Part shown: piece after piece, positions 1 through 11,000 of the stretch
Numbering within the stretch: the stretch's first letter is position 1
Layout: each line of letters starts with the position of its first letter
Virus record (IMG/VR): IMGVR_UViG_3300043426_000009
Reading direction: 5' to 3' (one strand)
Length of the DNA: 46,902 nucleotides
DNA from: a virus
Program-made: the position numbers and the translations under genes
The notes under the pieces: generated by a model
Told to the model about the DNA's origin: nothing
Seen by the model: the letters and a program-made list of their open reading frames with translations, nothing else
Database searches by the model: none

Positions 1-127
1 AATGACAAAACAACAATGTCAATGTCATTCGTTGTTTTCTTGGTGCCGTGAATAATCTCAGCAACACCACCAACGAAAATGATGTTTTCGTTGGTTGTTG
101 CAATTTCTTTTATTAACTTGAACATTG
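1..127. repeat. Terminal direct repeat, exact copy of 46776..46902 (circular assembly overlap)
   Basis: The first 127 nt (aatgacaaaacaacaatgtc...ttaacttgaacattg) are identical to the last 127 nt. The repeat lies inside coding sequence. Confidence 0.95.
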
Positions 128-2101
128 TCCACCAGTTGGTGTGCAACTTCCTTGACCATTAACCGAAATTATTTGTGTTGCACAAATTAAAACGTTATTT
201 GCATTAGTCCACCACAATTGCAAATATTGATAAGTTCCGTTACAATCAAAATATTCAACTTGAATGTCTTCGCCGGAAGTGGTTGGCGGCGTAACAATGT
301 ATTCATCACATTGCGGCGACGGCGGCGTGTCTTTCGTATATTGTAAAATATTAGAATAAACGATATTGTTTAAATTGTCAATTCCTTTCAATCTGAATTG
401 ATTCAATCCAATATTTAAAACGAAATTTTGTGTTGAACTCGTTGCAGCAACATCATCAATCCAACCAGAACCGAAATTTCTTTGCCATTGATTGCCCGTT
501 GTTGGGTAGTTTTGCGTTTGAATCAAAATGATTTCATTATTATTTTGACCACTTCGATTTTCAATTGTTTGCGTGTCATTCCAAACGATTTGAACAAATT
601 CGCCGGACGGTTGAATTGGTTGTGGACATATTCCCGAAAAATTCCAACCAGTGTTTCCAATCACGCCCGTAACTGTAACAATCGCATTTGTTGGATATGG
701 TGCATTTTTATTGAACAATAATTGTCCGGCACCATTTCCAGGATGCGGCGTTGTGTTTATCTGAGACATCGGAACACCTGCATTGATTAAATCTTGATTG
801 TATTCATTACAACCAACATAACCAGTTGAAACATTTTGACCATTCCACGATATTTCAAATTTGTCCGGAATATGTGCGGCGTTGTATGCAATGCCGGCCA
901 TTCCAATATCCGTGCCAAAATTTATTTCAAATGAATATGAACCGGCCGCACCGTTGAAATTTAATGAACCGTTGCAAGGAATTGATGTATCTTCTTTTGT
1001 TTCTGGTGTTATTCCAGTTAAAAAACCGTTTGTCAATTGATCTTGCGGTTGTTGGTTTTGACCAATTTGATTGATGAAATAAAATTGTTTTTGACATTTT
1101 TCGGCGTCCCAAATAATGAAATATTTACGAAATGAAGTTGGATTTGTGAAAAGTTGTGAATTTGTTTGATTAACAACAACATCACATTCGATGAATAAAT
1201 TTTTTGTATAATCAATATCAATGAAGTAAGCGCCTTTTTTTCTTTGCAAAAGCCCATTGTATATTTCTGGTTTTTCAAAACCGATGTTCATTATTCCGGA
1301 ACCAAAATTTTTACTTCCGATTGTGCCAATTGGTTTTCCGCCGTGAAATGAATTAATCGTGTCAAATATCAAACCAAATTCATCTACAAACGGATTGAAT
1401 GTATTTTGATTTGAGGTTGCTGCAATACGATTTCCGCCGTCAATTTCCGCCGTTGCATATTTCCATTGTGCAATTGGATTTCCGCCCAAATTAACCGTGT
1501 TGTGTGCGAAAAATGCCGGTGTCAATGTTTCAACATCATCAACTTTATATTTCAACAATCTTAATCCGGCGCTTTGTGCCGTGATTGCATTTTGAAAAAA
1601 TTCATCAAAAACAAAATATGTTCGCACATTTTCTTCACAAAAATTAAAATCCCAAACATCAAGTTTTGTCAATCGAATTTCGTTTTGATAACCTTGCGGC
1701 GTTTTGATTTTTATTGAAACATTTCCGGTCAATTGGTCATATTCATACGTTCGATCCAAACTATATTTCACAATTTGACCGGCCGAAATATTATCAACAT
1801 AAACGGTTGATTCGCCGATTAAATTCAAACCGTTCCATATTTGAATAATAAAATTTACAGTATCAACACCGGTTGTTGTTGGTCTGAAAATTTCAAGATT
1901 CAATTTATATCGTAAACGATTATTTGTGATGTCAATTGAACCAAGTCCACGACTAAACATTGAAATTGTTGTGTCGGGTCTCAAAACAAGTTTGTTGTTT
2001 TCTGTTAAAATTGGATTCGATGAATTGTTGAACCAATTTATTTCATCAACAATTTGCGAAAAATCGAATGATGCAATATTGTTTATATTTTCATTATACA
2101 T
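113..2101 (-). CDS. Putative tail fibre / receptor-binding protein (662 aa)
   Basis: ATG at 2101. Large N/G/T/Q-rich ORF, the last of the tail module, with 6 Cys in the C-terminal ~70 aa. It is preceded by its own terminator array. The function is assigned from position only. Confidence 0.5.
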   Translation of the reverse strand: MYNENINNIASFDFSQIVDEINWFNNSSNPILTENNKLVLRPDTTISMFSRGLGSIDITNNRLRYKLNLEIFRPTTTGVDTVNFIIQIWNGLNLIGESTVYVDNISAGQIVKYSLDRTYEYDQLTGNVSIKIKTPQGYQNEIRLTKLDVWDFNFCEENVRTYFVFDEFFQNAITAQSAGLRLLKYKVDDVETLTPAFFAHNTVNLGGNPIAQWKYATAEIDGGNRIAATSNQNTFNPFVDEFGLIFDTINSFHGGKPIGTIGSKNFGSGIMNIGFEKPEIYNGLLQRKKGAYFIDIDYTKNLFIECDVVVNQTNSQLFTNPTSFRKYFIIWDAEKCQKQFYFINQIGQNQQPQDQLTNGFLTGITPETKEDTSIPCNGSLNFNGAAGSYSFEINFGTDIGMAGIAYNAAHIPDKFEISWNGQNVSTGYVGCNEYNQDLINAGVPMSQINTTPHPGNGAGQLLFNKNAPYPTNAIVTVTGVIGNTGWNFSGICPQPIQPSGEFVQIVWNDTQTIENRSGQNNNEIILIQTQNYPTTGNQWQRNFGSGWIDDVAATSSTQNFVLNIGLNQFRLKGIDNLNNIVYSNILQYTKDTPPSPQCDEYIVTPPTTSGEDIQVEYFDCNGTYQYLQLWWTNANNVLICATQIISVNGQGSCTPTGGQCSS

Positions 2102-2165
2102 AATTAATTATTTTATGCAACAAAATTAAATAAAAACAATTTAATAAATTATTTTGGAAGGTTAA

Positions 2166-2243
2166 TAAAAAAGCACGATAAAATCGTGCTTATTACAAAT
2201 CCGATAAAATCGGATTTATTACAAAACCGATAAAATCGATTTT
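2166..2243 (-). terminator. Three tandem stem-loops with ~25-bp period; the last has a U6 tract
   Basis: AGCACGAT-aaa-ATCGTGCT (2172-2190), AAATCCGAT-aaa-ATCGGATTT (2197-2217) and AAAACCGAT-aaa-ATCGATTTT (2223-2243). The C:A mismatch in the third becomes G:U on the minus-strand RNA. An A-run at 2167-2171 gives a U tract after the last hairpin. Confidence 0.7.
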
Positions 2244-2244
2244 A

Positions 2245-3468
2245 TTATTCTTTCTGAAATGTTATCCTGTTATATGCTTCACTTGAAATATTCGCAAAAG
2301 GTGCATCAAATTCTTTAATTGCTTTAAAATATAAAAGTGGTTGCGATGCAAATGTACCAAAATTATTTTGAATTTCTAATTTTAATCTAAAATGAACAAA
2401 AGTTTTATTATGATAAAAATTAACTGTTTTAGATTCCATAGATTGAACCGTTGATTGGTTTAAACCTTTTTTTGTTTTAAATGCTCTTTTTCCACTTCCA
2501 CAACATCTATAAAGTTTTGAAGCTAAAATGCCCCCATCAATTCTACCACTACTAAAATAATTTTCAATATTTATATTAAAATATTGTTCTTCATTTAATA
2601 TTTGATGTTTTACAATTCTTGTAAATTCTTCTTCAATATTCAAATTATTGTCTTTGTTGACTATTAAAATTGAATTTGTTGATTGTAATTTATAATTGTT
2701 TAAACTTAAAAATTTATTTCCTTTCAATCCCGTTCTTTTTGCGGGTGTATATCTCTCAATTACTAACTTTGGATTAAAATCTTTTATTTTTTCAAAATTC
2801 TTAACTTTTATACCTAAAAAGCTACAAAATAACTTAAAAAGTATTAATTCATTTGGGTCTGAATTTGGAATCCCATATTCAACAAACGTTGCACAATTAA
2901 TTTCATTGTATTTGTCGTTTGAGTTTGTCAAACTGAATTTGTTTCCAGTAAAGAAATCAATTTCAACATTATTAAAATAATCAATGTTTTTGATTAGTTC
3001 TAAAACACAAATTTTTGATTCATTGGCTTGATATGTGTAATTGATATTATTTGCGTTTGGCGTTACATCAATTTGATAAATTTCATTATTGTTATTGTCA
3101 TTCGCTGCAAAAAAAGATTTAAAAACAAAATAACAAGAACGACCAACGTAATCTTTAAAATGAATTAAATCGCCACTTGACAAAGTTTGCAAAACAATTC
3201 CGAAATCATTCAAATCGTTTGTCAATTTTGATGTTATAATTCCAAGCCCGTTCACATCATTCAATGCACCGTTTAAAAATAATTCGCCTGGATTTGCAAC
3301 ACCTTGATATGTGGCTTTTGCCGTGAACGGCGAACCAACATATTTTCCTTGTTTTGACATAAATTCAGTTACATAATCATTGTGTTTTTGTGCCAATATT
3401 TGACCAATTCCGGCGTTTGGATCAATTGCAATGTCCAAATTTTGTTTTAAAATATCAAAGTTATCCAT
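2245..3468 (-). CDS. Putative second fibre / host-specificity protein, compositionally chimeric (407 aa)
   Basis: ATG at 3468. The N-terminal ~130 aa have genome-typical composition. The remainder is more AT-rich and CG-poor. An NDNNNN linker sits at the junction. No enzymatic motif was seen. Confidence 0.4.
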   Translation of the reverse strand: MDNFDILKQNLDIAIDPNAGIGQILAQKHNDYVTEFMSKQGKYVGSPFTAKATYQGVANPGELFLNGALNDVNGLGIITSKLTNDLNDFGIVLQTLSSGDLIHFKDYVGRSCYFVFKSFFAANDNNNNEIYQIDVTPNANNINYTYQANESKICVLELIKNIDYFNNVEIDFFTGNKFSLTNSNDKYNEINCATFVEYGIPNSDPNELILFKLFCSFLGIKVKNFEKIKDFNPKLVIERYTPAKRTGLKGNKFLSLNNYKLQSTNSILIVNKDNNLNIEEEFTRIVKHQILNEEQYFNINIENYFSSGRIDGGILASKLYRCCGSGKRAFKTKKGLNQSTVQSMESKTVNFYHNKTFVHFRLKLEIQNNFGTFASQPLLYFKAIKEFDAPFANISSEAYNRITFQKE

Positions 3469-3500
3469 TTTTAATTTTTTTGTAAAGTTAGTATTTATTT

Positions 3501-6032
3501 TTATTCGTATTTGTCTTCATAACGTGATTCATATTTTCCAAATTCAAACGAACCGCCGTTTGCAAAACAACCAACACGGCCCGTGATTCGATAACGAATT
3601 GCATCATCCAATAAATCCGGATCAATCAAACATTTTGTCGTTAATCTTTTCAACGTTGCATCAACTTCAATTTTCAATTTTGTTTGACCTGGTAACGGAA
3701 TCAACGGATTGTCATTTTCTGAACCCCAAACCGATGATAATTGTCGCATTTGCATTATTCCGGCGCCTTTGTCAATTTCAATTGTTGCAGTTGCATAAAC
3801 ATTAGTGATGTCCCACGTGCCGCCGTCCATAATTTCATATTCAATTTCAAGTCGTGTTGGTTCGTTTGAAATAATCACGCCAAGTGGTCGCCCGCTTATT
3901 GGGTCCGTTCCAACATTTAACAACGTATTATCGGAATCACGATAATAACGATGTTGTGTTGAAATCAATTGATTCAAATCATAATCTTTGAATTTGAATT
4001 TGAATTTATTTTTATAACGTTTCAATTCATTATTTTCAACCGCATCAATTTCAGTGTAAAAATTCATTTGCCATCCGATGGTGTTTAAATAATGAATCCA
4101 ATCATTGTGAAAACCATTATTTAATTCAGTCGCACTGAAAAAATCATTCGGCATTCCTGGAAAGTTAATCCAATCTTCATAACGAATTTTAAATGCGTAA
4201 AATGCTAAATATCCAAAACGGCCGCCAGAATCAAGTGATGGTTCACGATTTATTTTCAACCAATTTTTGTTGTTTCCATTTTCCAATTTGAAACCTCTTG
4301 TTTGATTCAAATTGAATTGCGGCACACCGTTTGCATCATCGAAAAATTGTGTCATATCAACATCGAATTTTTCCAATATTTTTTTCACGCCGGTACTTGG
4401 ATTGTATATTTCAATCGCAAATCGCATTTTTTTAAATTCGGTTGTGATTGGGTCCAATTGAAATGGTAAACGACACAAAACATCATCTTGAACAAATCCG
4501 TCATATTCATCAACACCAATTGCATTTTCATCAAATGGATGTTCTAAAAATGCGTTTTGAATGTATGGATATGGACCCGCCGGCGGAACCGTTTTAATCA
4601 TAGAATTCAAATCGACTAATAATGAAACACGGTCGGAAAAATTACGAACCAATGTTTGATCCGCAACCGATAACCACAATACATATTTTCGGTCATCATC
4701 ATTTCGTGCATCAAAAAATAAATAAAAATTCGGATTTGGTGTGAAAATAATTTCAAATGAAATTTTTCCGCCGCCAATATCCGTAAATTTTACATTTTTA
4801 GTGTCGATTGATGCACTATTTAAACCACCGCCAACATTTGTCAATGGATAAAATGTCCCGACTTTGAAACCGTCCGTTGTTGTTCCCGTGTTCATAAATG
4901 TATTTTGATAAAACGGCGTTTCTTTGTTTTTATAATCTTCTTCAAATTTTGGAACCCAAATGAAACCAAAACCACATTCAGTATTTGTGTTAATATTTTG
5001 AACACCGGAAACAATCCCTTTCACTTTTGTTGGTGCAAAATAATCAATTGCATCAACCGGATTTCCATTGTCATCAAAATACTGTAATGATTCAATAACA
5101 AAATTATTTTCAAGTTCATTATAATTTTCATCGAACCAACCGGTGTTTCCAAGTCGGGCCGTTTTTTTCATATCATTTTGAATCAATGTGTTTGGATTGT
5201 TCCATTTTGGATAAAATAATATTTGAAAATTATCAGTCAACGAACCATCGCCAAGTAAATAATCCGGCATTTGATGATCCGTAAAATTTGAAATATTTTC
5301 AAAAAATGATGAAATTAAATATTGCAATTCAAATTCGTATTGATAAACATTTTGTGATCCTGATTTTAATCCAAGGCGCTTAACATTTACAGTTAGCACA
5401 CTCATTCCGGATTGCATACCGACCGCATTCATTGATGAATTAATATTTACGGGTTGTGATTTTACATTTGGTTGAACAAACATTGTTGTTGTTCCGTCAA
5501 TAAACGAATCAAGTGATGAATTTTCAGAATTTTCATTTGAAATGTGTCCGTATATTATTCTGCATCCTTCGGGTTCAACATTGGCCCACATTTTAACATC
5601 AAAAATTCGTTGATTTCCACGGTCGTATGGATGTGTTTCAGTTGGTAAATTACTATAATTTGCAGTGTCCCAACCCCAAGGCAAAGGCAAATCGTAAGCC
5701 ATTGATGAAACTTCCATCACATCATTATACAATTGTAAAATTGTTGATGTTGATTTTAAAATAACATTCCAAGCATCGGAAACATAATGAAATTGATATG
5801 TAACCGTTTGACCAATATCAAACCCGTAATCCGACCATTTTTTGCCGCTTGTTAATTTGAATGTTTTGTTGGTTGTATTCAATTCTATAGTTTCGGCATT
5901 TGTTGCATAAAAATCAACGGATGCCTCACATCCGATTTTTAACGTTTGCCATTCGCCAACATTTCCCAACAACCAATTTGTGGTTCCGGATGTGAATATT
6001 TCGTTATAAATTCTATTTGTTACCTTGACCAT
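3501..6032 (-). CDS. Large tail / baseplate structural protein (843 aa)
   Basis: ATG at 6032. Second largest ORF, downstream of the tape measure. Assigned from position. Confidence 0.45.
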   Translation of the reverse strand: MVKVTNRIYNEIFTSGTTNWLLGNVGEWQTLKIGCEASVDFYATNAETIELNTTNKTFKLTSGKKWSDYGFDIGQTVTYQFHYVSDAWNVILKSTSTILQLYNDVMEVSSMAYDLPLPWGWDTANYSNLPTETHPYDRGNQRIFDVKMWANVEPEGCRIIYGHISNENSENSSLDSFIDGTTTMFVQPNVKSQPVNINSSMNAVGMQSGMSVLTVNVKRLGLKSGSQNVYQYEFELQYLISSFFENISNFTDHQMPDYLLGDGSLTDNFQILFYPKWNNPNTLIQNDMKKTARLGNTGWFDENYNELENNFVIESLQYFDDNGNPVDAIDYFAPTKVKGIVSGVQNINTNTECGFGFIWVPKFEEDYKNKETPFYQNTFMNTGTTTDGFKVGTFYPLTNVGGGLNSASIDTKNVKFTDIGGGKISFEIIFTPNPNFYLFFDARNDDDRKYVLWLSVADQTLVRNFSDRVSLLVDLNSMIKTVPPAGPYPYIQNAFLEHPFDENAIGVDEYDGFVQDDVLCRLPFQLDPITTEFKKMRFAIEIYNPSTGVKKILEKFDVDMTQFFDDANGVPQFNLNQTRGFKLENGNNKNWLKINREPSLDSGGRFGYLAFYAFKIRYEDWINFPGMPNDFFSATELNNGFHNDWIHYLNTIGWQMNFYTEIDAVENNELKRYKNKFKFKFKDYDLNQLISTQHRYYRDSDNTLLNVGTDPISGRPLGVIISNEPTRLEIEYEIMDGGTWDITNVYATATIEIDKGAGIMQMRQLSSVWGSENDNPLIPLPGQTKLKIEVDATLKRLTTKCLIDPDLLDDAIRYRITGRVGCFANGGSFEFGKYESRYEDKYE

Positions 6033-6258
6033 TTTTGATAGTATTTAAAAGTTCTTGTACCGCTTTTGTGTCGCCGTTTTTTGCTAATTGAATAATTTTT
6101 GCAGTTTTATTTTTTATTTCTTCAATTTTTGGTTTGTCGGATTCCGGCGCTTTTCTTAATGTTTCCGCCATTAATTCATCTAATAAACTCATTGATTTTG
6201 ACAATTCATTTGATGCTGCTTGCGATGATTTTAAAAGTTCATTTATAAATTTACTCAT
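6013..6258 (-). CDS. Small helical protein in the tail module (81 aa)
   Basis: ATG at 6258 forms an ATGA overlap with the upstream ORF. K/E/L-rich. Confidence 0.5.
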   Translation of the reverse strand: MSKFINELLKSSQAASNELSKSMSLLDELMAETLRKAPESDKPKIEEIKNKTAKIIQLAKNGDTKAVQELLNTIKNGQGNK

Positions 6259-8018
6259 AACAATTCAATTTTAAGATTGTTTGTATATTTCTTTTTAACA
6301 CGATAATCAAGTTTTGCTTTTCCACGATATGGATTGTAAACAACTTTTTCAATTTGATATTCATTCCCTTGAGAATCAACCGCATTATTATTGTCCAAAA
6401 TTAATGCAAAATCTTGTATTGTCATTCCTACCGGTTCATCTTTATATCTATAAAATTGATTGTGAACGCCTTGATATTCTGCAAATGAATTTATAAAATG
6501 ATATTTGTCCCACAACAAACGTGAATCAACCAATTGTCGTTGGTTGTTTGCCAATTTGTCGCCGTTCATCACAACAACTTTTCCAACTGTTAAAAAATGT
6601 GATGACAATAATAATGAACCAATTCGATTTTCGATTTGTGATGCAAAATTTGTTCCGCCGCCAAATATCCCCGTAATATTATCAACTAATTGACCAAGAA
6701 ATTTCAATATTTCTTCGACCGCAGTCAATCCGGTTTTTTCTTTTCCGATTGAAAACGGAATTGAAATTTGGGCTAAATTTTTAATATTTACAAATTGTGG
6801 ATTGATTGTTGTTAATGGTGTTGTTATCGCTTGAAAAACTCGGCCGGCTTGGTCATCAAGTGTGTTTTGGTCTTGAATATCATATTGCCAAAATATGTTG
6901 TAATTCGATAACATTTCATTTGTGTTGAATTGAAATTGTTGCAATTTTCTTTCTTGATTGGAAAAGAAATCCGGCATTTGATACGTGGACGGCGTTTGAA
7001 ACGCATCTTTTCTTTCAAATAAAAATACATTGTTTATTATTCGATAATCGGCATTGAACATTTCTTTCATCGTTCGGATCAAATCGCCTGGTGTGTAAAT
7101 TGGGCCGGCATTACTTGGATAACCATATTCACCAGATTCGCCGCCTTTTCGGTCTTTGTTTGGAATGCAAACCCAATCTTTCAAATCATTTTGCAACAAT
7201 GATGATTGAAAACCAAGGCCCAAATATTGACACATTTTTTCGGTCATTTTTAAAAATGTCATTCCTAAATGATAACGTTTTTTAGGCATCAATTGTTCAA
7301 ACAATTCTTCGATTAAATTTTTCATTGCAATAACAATCGCAATTGTATAAATGATTCGTGCAACGACCTCAAGTGCTGCATAAACATAATCGCCCAAATC
7401 CCACGCCGTAACGACACCGGCACCAAGTCCAACGGAAACACCAATGACAGGTGTTGATGCGTTCACAATGATTGCGATTGCTTTTGCGATGTTTTCAATG
7501 TTTTCAATTAATTCTTTAGTCATCATATAAATTGACATTGACAAAACAATTAATTGCATCCCGTCCGGAACATAATTGATGACATACGGAACACGTACAA
7601 AATCGCCGTCCGTTATAATTCCTTGGTCATACAAATATGCAAATGAAAACGCATCGGCGACATCATTCAACCAATCATCGCCTTTTTCTTTTTTCAAAGA
7701 ACACACGATTTCTTCGCCGCCAATCACGGTCATTTCTTCGGTCATATCTAAATAACCTTTGAATTTGAATGTTGGATTTGTGAGTTCGCCAACTAAAATT
7801 TCATACGGAACGCCCTCAAATATTCCAACGCCGCCGGTCATTCCATTCAATGCACGTTGTTGTAAATATTCATTTGCTTCATTTACAAATGCCAAATCCG
7901 ACACATTAATTGCGCCGGATTCTTTTTTATTTAACCAATCAACTGTAATTTCAAGATCACGCCAATTTCTTGGTTCGCCAAGGTCTTGGCCATTTATTAA
8001 GTGAAATATATTTGCCAT
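6255..8018 (-). CDS. Tail-associated protein with central hydrophobic segments (587 aa)
   Basis: ATG at 8018, directly after the tape measure gene. Hydrophobic stretches AIAIIVNASTPVIGVSVGLGAGVVTAW and VVARIIYTIAIVIAM. Confidence 0.45.
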   Translation of the reverse strand: MANIFHLINGQDLGEPRNWRDLEITVDWLNKKESGAINVSDLAFVNEANEYLQQRALNGMTGGVGIFEGVPYEILVGELTNPTFKFKGYLDMTEEMTVIGGEEIVCSLKKEKGDDWLNDVADAFSFAYLYDQGIITDGDFVRVPYVINYVPDGMQLIVLSMSIYMMTKELIENIENIAKAIAIIVNASTPVIGVSVGLGAGVVTAWDLGDYVYAALEVVARIIYTIAIVIAMKNLIEELFEQLMPKKRYHLGMTFLKMTEKMCQYLGLGFQSSLLQNDLKDWVCIPNKDRKGGESGEYGYPSNAGPIYTPGDLIRTMKEMFNADYRIINNVFLFERKDAFQTPSTYQMPDFFSNQERKLQQFQFNTNEMLSNYNIFWQYDIQDQNTLDDQAGRVFQAITTPLTTINPQFVNIKNLAQISIPFSIGKEKTGLTAVEEILKFLGQLVDNITGIFGGGTNFASQIENRIGSLLLSSHFLTVGKVVVMNGDKLANNQRQLVDSRLLWDKYHFINSFAEYQGVHNQFYRYKDEPVGMTIQDFALILDNNNAVDSQGNEYQIEKVVYNPYRGKAKLDYRVKKKYTNNLKIELL

Positions 8019-8020
8019 AA

Positions 8021-11000
8021 TTAAAAACGTTTTTTTCTAAGTTGATAATGATTGCGAACGGTTTTATTTTTCGATTGAACTGTTTCAACAAATTCCAAAA
8101 TATTGTCCGATAATTTCAAAACATCTAAATTTTGAACCGGTTTTTTTTCAATTGCATTTTTCACATCACGCATTTCGTTAATCAACATCGAATCACTTGA
8201 TGATTTCGGAACAATCATTTGAACAAATTGTTCACGTTGACCGGAAAAGAAATTTGAATCAACTTGACCAAGTCCGGCTAATTCTTTCATTTTATAAAAA
8301 TTATCTTTTCCAAGATTTGCCATTTCACGCTTCGACAAAATGCCTTCTTGACCCTCAACCAAAATCGGAATTCCGCCGTGTTTTCCATTATGTGAACGGC
8401 CACGAAATATTCCATTTGATGGCAATTTGTCTTCTACAACACCACCATCGCCGAATGATGCCGCAATTGATTCAAGAATTGCAAAATCCCGTAATGCTTT
8501 CAAAATTGGGTTTTCATCGCCTTTGTTTGAATAATTTGTGTATGATGTATAAAGCGCTTTTATTTTTTCAAGTCGTTCTTGTTTCTTTTGGCTTTTTATC
8601 AATTCGGCTTCACGATCCGCCAATGCACGTTGTTCAAACGCAAGCGTGTTTTGCATTCCGTTTTTCGCTCGTTCTTCTTGTTTGTCAACCATTTCGCCTT
8701 GTTTGTCCACAAGTTTTTCTTGACTTTGAATGATTTTCGCATTCACTTCAAGTAATTTATCTAAAATCAAACCGATAATGTTTTGAATGTTTTCGACAAA
8801 TTTTTTATATTCAAGTTCGGCTTTTTCGTTGTTTTCTTTTATCTGGTTCAATCGGTCATCCAAATAACCTTGTTCAATTTCTTTCAACAAATCTTGTTTT
8901 TCTTGCAACAATTCGATTTCACGTTGTGAACCTTTTTCAACGGTTGTTAATTCTTCATTGATTGCCGCAATACGGTTTGATTTTCGGTTTAAATCGGCAT
9001 CTTCAGAAATTGATGTGCGTTCTTTTTCAAGTTCCGCAAGTTCTTTCATTATTTTATCACGGTCCCGTTTTGAAATATTGTATTTATCAATCGCATTTCC
9101 TTTTTTGTCATACGTTGTTGTTTTTGATTTTTCCAATAAATCATTCAATTCACGAACCCTGGAGTTGATGCGTTCCAAATTTGAAAGTTCCAAACCACCA
9201 ACGGCAAAATCATTTTTCAATTGTTTGAAATTAATCCCAGCCAAAACAAGTTCTTTATTTAATTCACTAAAATCTTTCACGCCGTTTCTTGTTTCAACCA
9301 TAAATTCACGAAAACGATTAATGTCAACTTGATTAATCCCAAAACCTTGTAATTGTTCATTTAATTTCACAATATCATTAACCGCCAATTCAACATCATT
9401 AACTAAAACTTTAAAATCGCCGTTTTCATCAAATTTTATTTTGAATTTCAATTTCAATCCCATATTTGCCGCTTCTTTCGTAAATTCATCAAGTTCACGT
9501 GATGCGTTCGCACGAAATACCAAAATGAAACGATTAAATTCATCAACACGTTTTTTGAAATTTCGTGTGATGTCATTCACGTATTGTTCACTAATATTTT
9601 TTTCGGTGTCAATCAAATCAATTAATAAATCCAAATTTTGTTCAAAAATATCACGATTGATTTCACGTTGTTTTTTGGCGTTTTCTTCTTTGCCAAGTGC
9701 CAATTCATTTTCCGCTTTTATAACTTCTAAAAGTGCGTTTTGTTGTTCATCAATTAATTCATTTGAAATTTCCAAATCGACACCACGTTGTTGTGCTAAT
9801 TTTTGAACTTGTTCCGCAAATGCCACGCCCTCGGCTTGCATATTCAAACTCGATGCCTCAACAACATTCGCCAAAACATTTTGTTTTACTTTATTGTTTG
9901 CGACATCAAGTTGTTTTTTGGCGATTTCTAATTGTTTTTGATTCAACAACGTTTGTTGTGTCAATGCAAGTTTAGCATTATACAATTGCGTTTTTAATGA
10001 CCTGGTTGAATCATCCGCACGTAATTGTGTGATTGCCAATTTTCCATTCAATCGTTCAACTTCACGTGATAAACGGCGCACTTGGTCTTCGATTTTAAAT
10101 GCTTTGTCAATATATTCCAATCCTTGCACAATCGCTTTCGTTCCGTCTTTGAACGCTTCGCCAACATCTTTGAATGTTTTTTTCAATTTGTCGCCGGCAT
10201 CGGAAAAATCGCCACTAAAAAAATCAATCAACGCACCGCCAACACCTTTGATGATTGTCAATGAAACTTTTCCAAACGTGATGAATGCACTTGATAATGA
10301 CATCATAACTTTTTCCATACGAACCGCACCGGCACGTGAACTTCCAAACAATGATGATAACGCCGCTAATGCAACCAAGATCAAACCAATCACGGACGCT
10401 TTCAAAACTTTGTTCAATTTACCGAATGAAATTGAAAATTTTTGAAGTGCATTTGCATTGTTCCCAAGCGCTTCTTCCATTTCTTGAATTTCTTGTTTTG
10501 ATTTCATCAATCCGCCAAGTAATCCATCAAGTGCGGCATCAAGTCCCGCAATATTTGTTTTAAATAAATTTGATGATTTTAAAGCGTTGTTAATGGCTTC
10601 TTCATAATTTCCGATATTGATTTTGTTTTGAATAAATTTATCACTGTTATCGCTTAAAATGTCGGTCAATTCATTTATTTCATCATTGAATGCTTTTATT
10701 TTTTCGGCTTCGGCTTCCATATCCAATGATTGAACCACGACACGCAATGCGGCGATTCGTTCACGCACATCATTCAATGTTTTCGCCTCTTCTTTTTGCA
10801 AAACAATATTCGCTTCAATCAATTTTTGTTCCGCTTTTGAAACTTGATTTAATGCCAATAATTCTTTTTGTTGTTTGTTGATTTCGGCGGTTAATTCTTT
10901 CATCATTAATTTCGCCCGACCTCTTGCAATTGCGGCATCTTCTACAGAAACGGCACCGGTTTTTTCAAGTTCATTAACCGCTTTCAATGCGACTTTGTGT

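Noticed and set aside
1-125. Apparent partial CDS at the left edge (5' part of the NTase-like gene)
   Set aside because: It is the duplicated copy of 46776-46900 created by the circular-assembly overlap, not a separate gene or gene fragment.
927-1278. Short minus-strand ORFs nested out of frame inside larger genes (927-1112, 1033-1278, 6824-7030, 17596-17808, 18184-18387, 29947-30243, 33845-34093, 36235-36432)
   Set aside because: They are fully contained in well-supported longer ORFs on the same strand. They have a basic low-complexity composition and no independent signals.
8197-10445. Plus-strand ORFs in the track, for example 8197-8733, 8958-9332, 9441-9806, 10029-10445, 17247-17651, 24940-25299 and 36645-37022
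   Set aside because: Every plus-strand ORF lies antisense within a longer minus-strand ORF that has a clear start and tight packing. Their translations are F/S/L/C-rich low-complexity strings, as expected from reverse complements of K/E/N-rich genes. None has a promoter-like box in the plus orientation.
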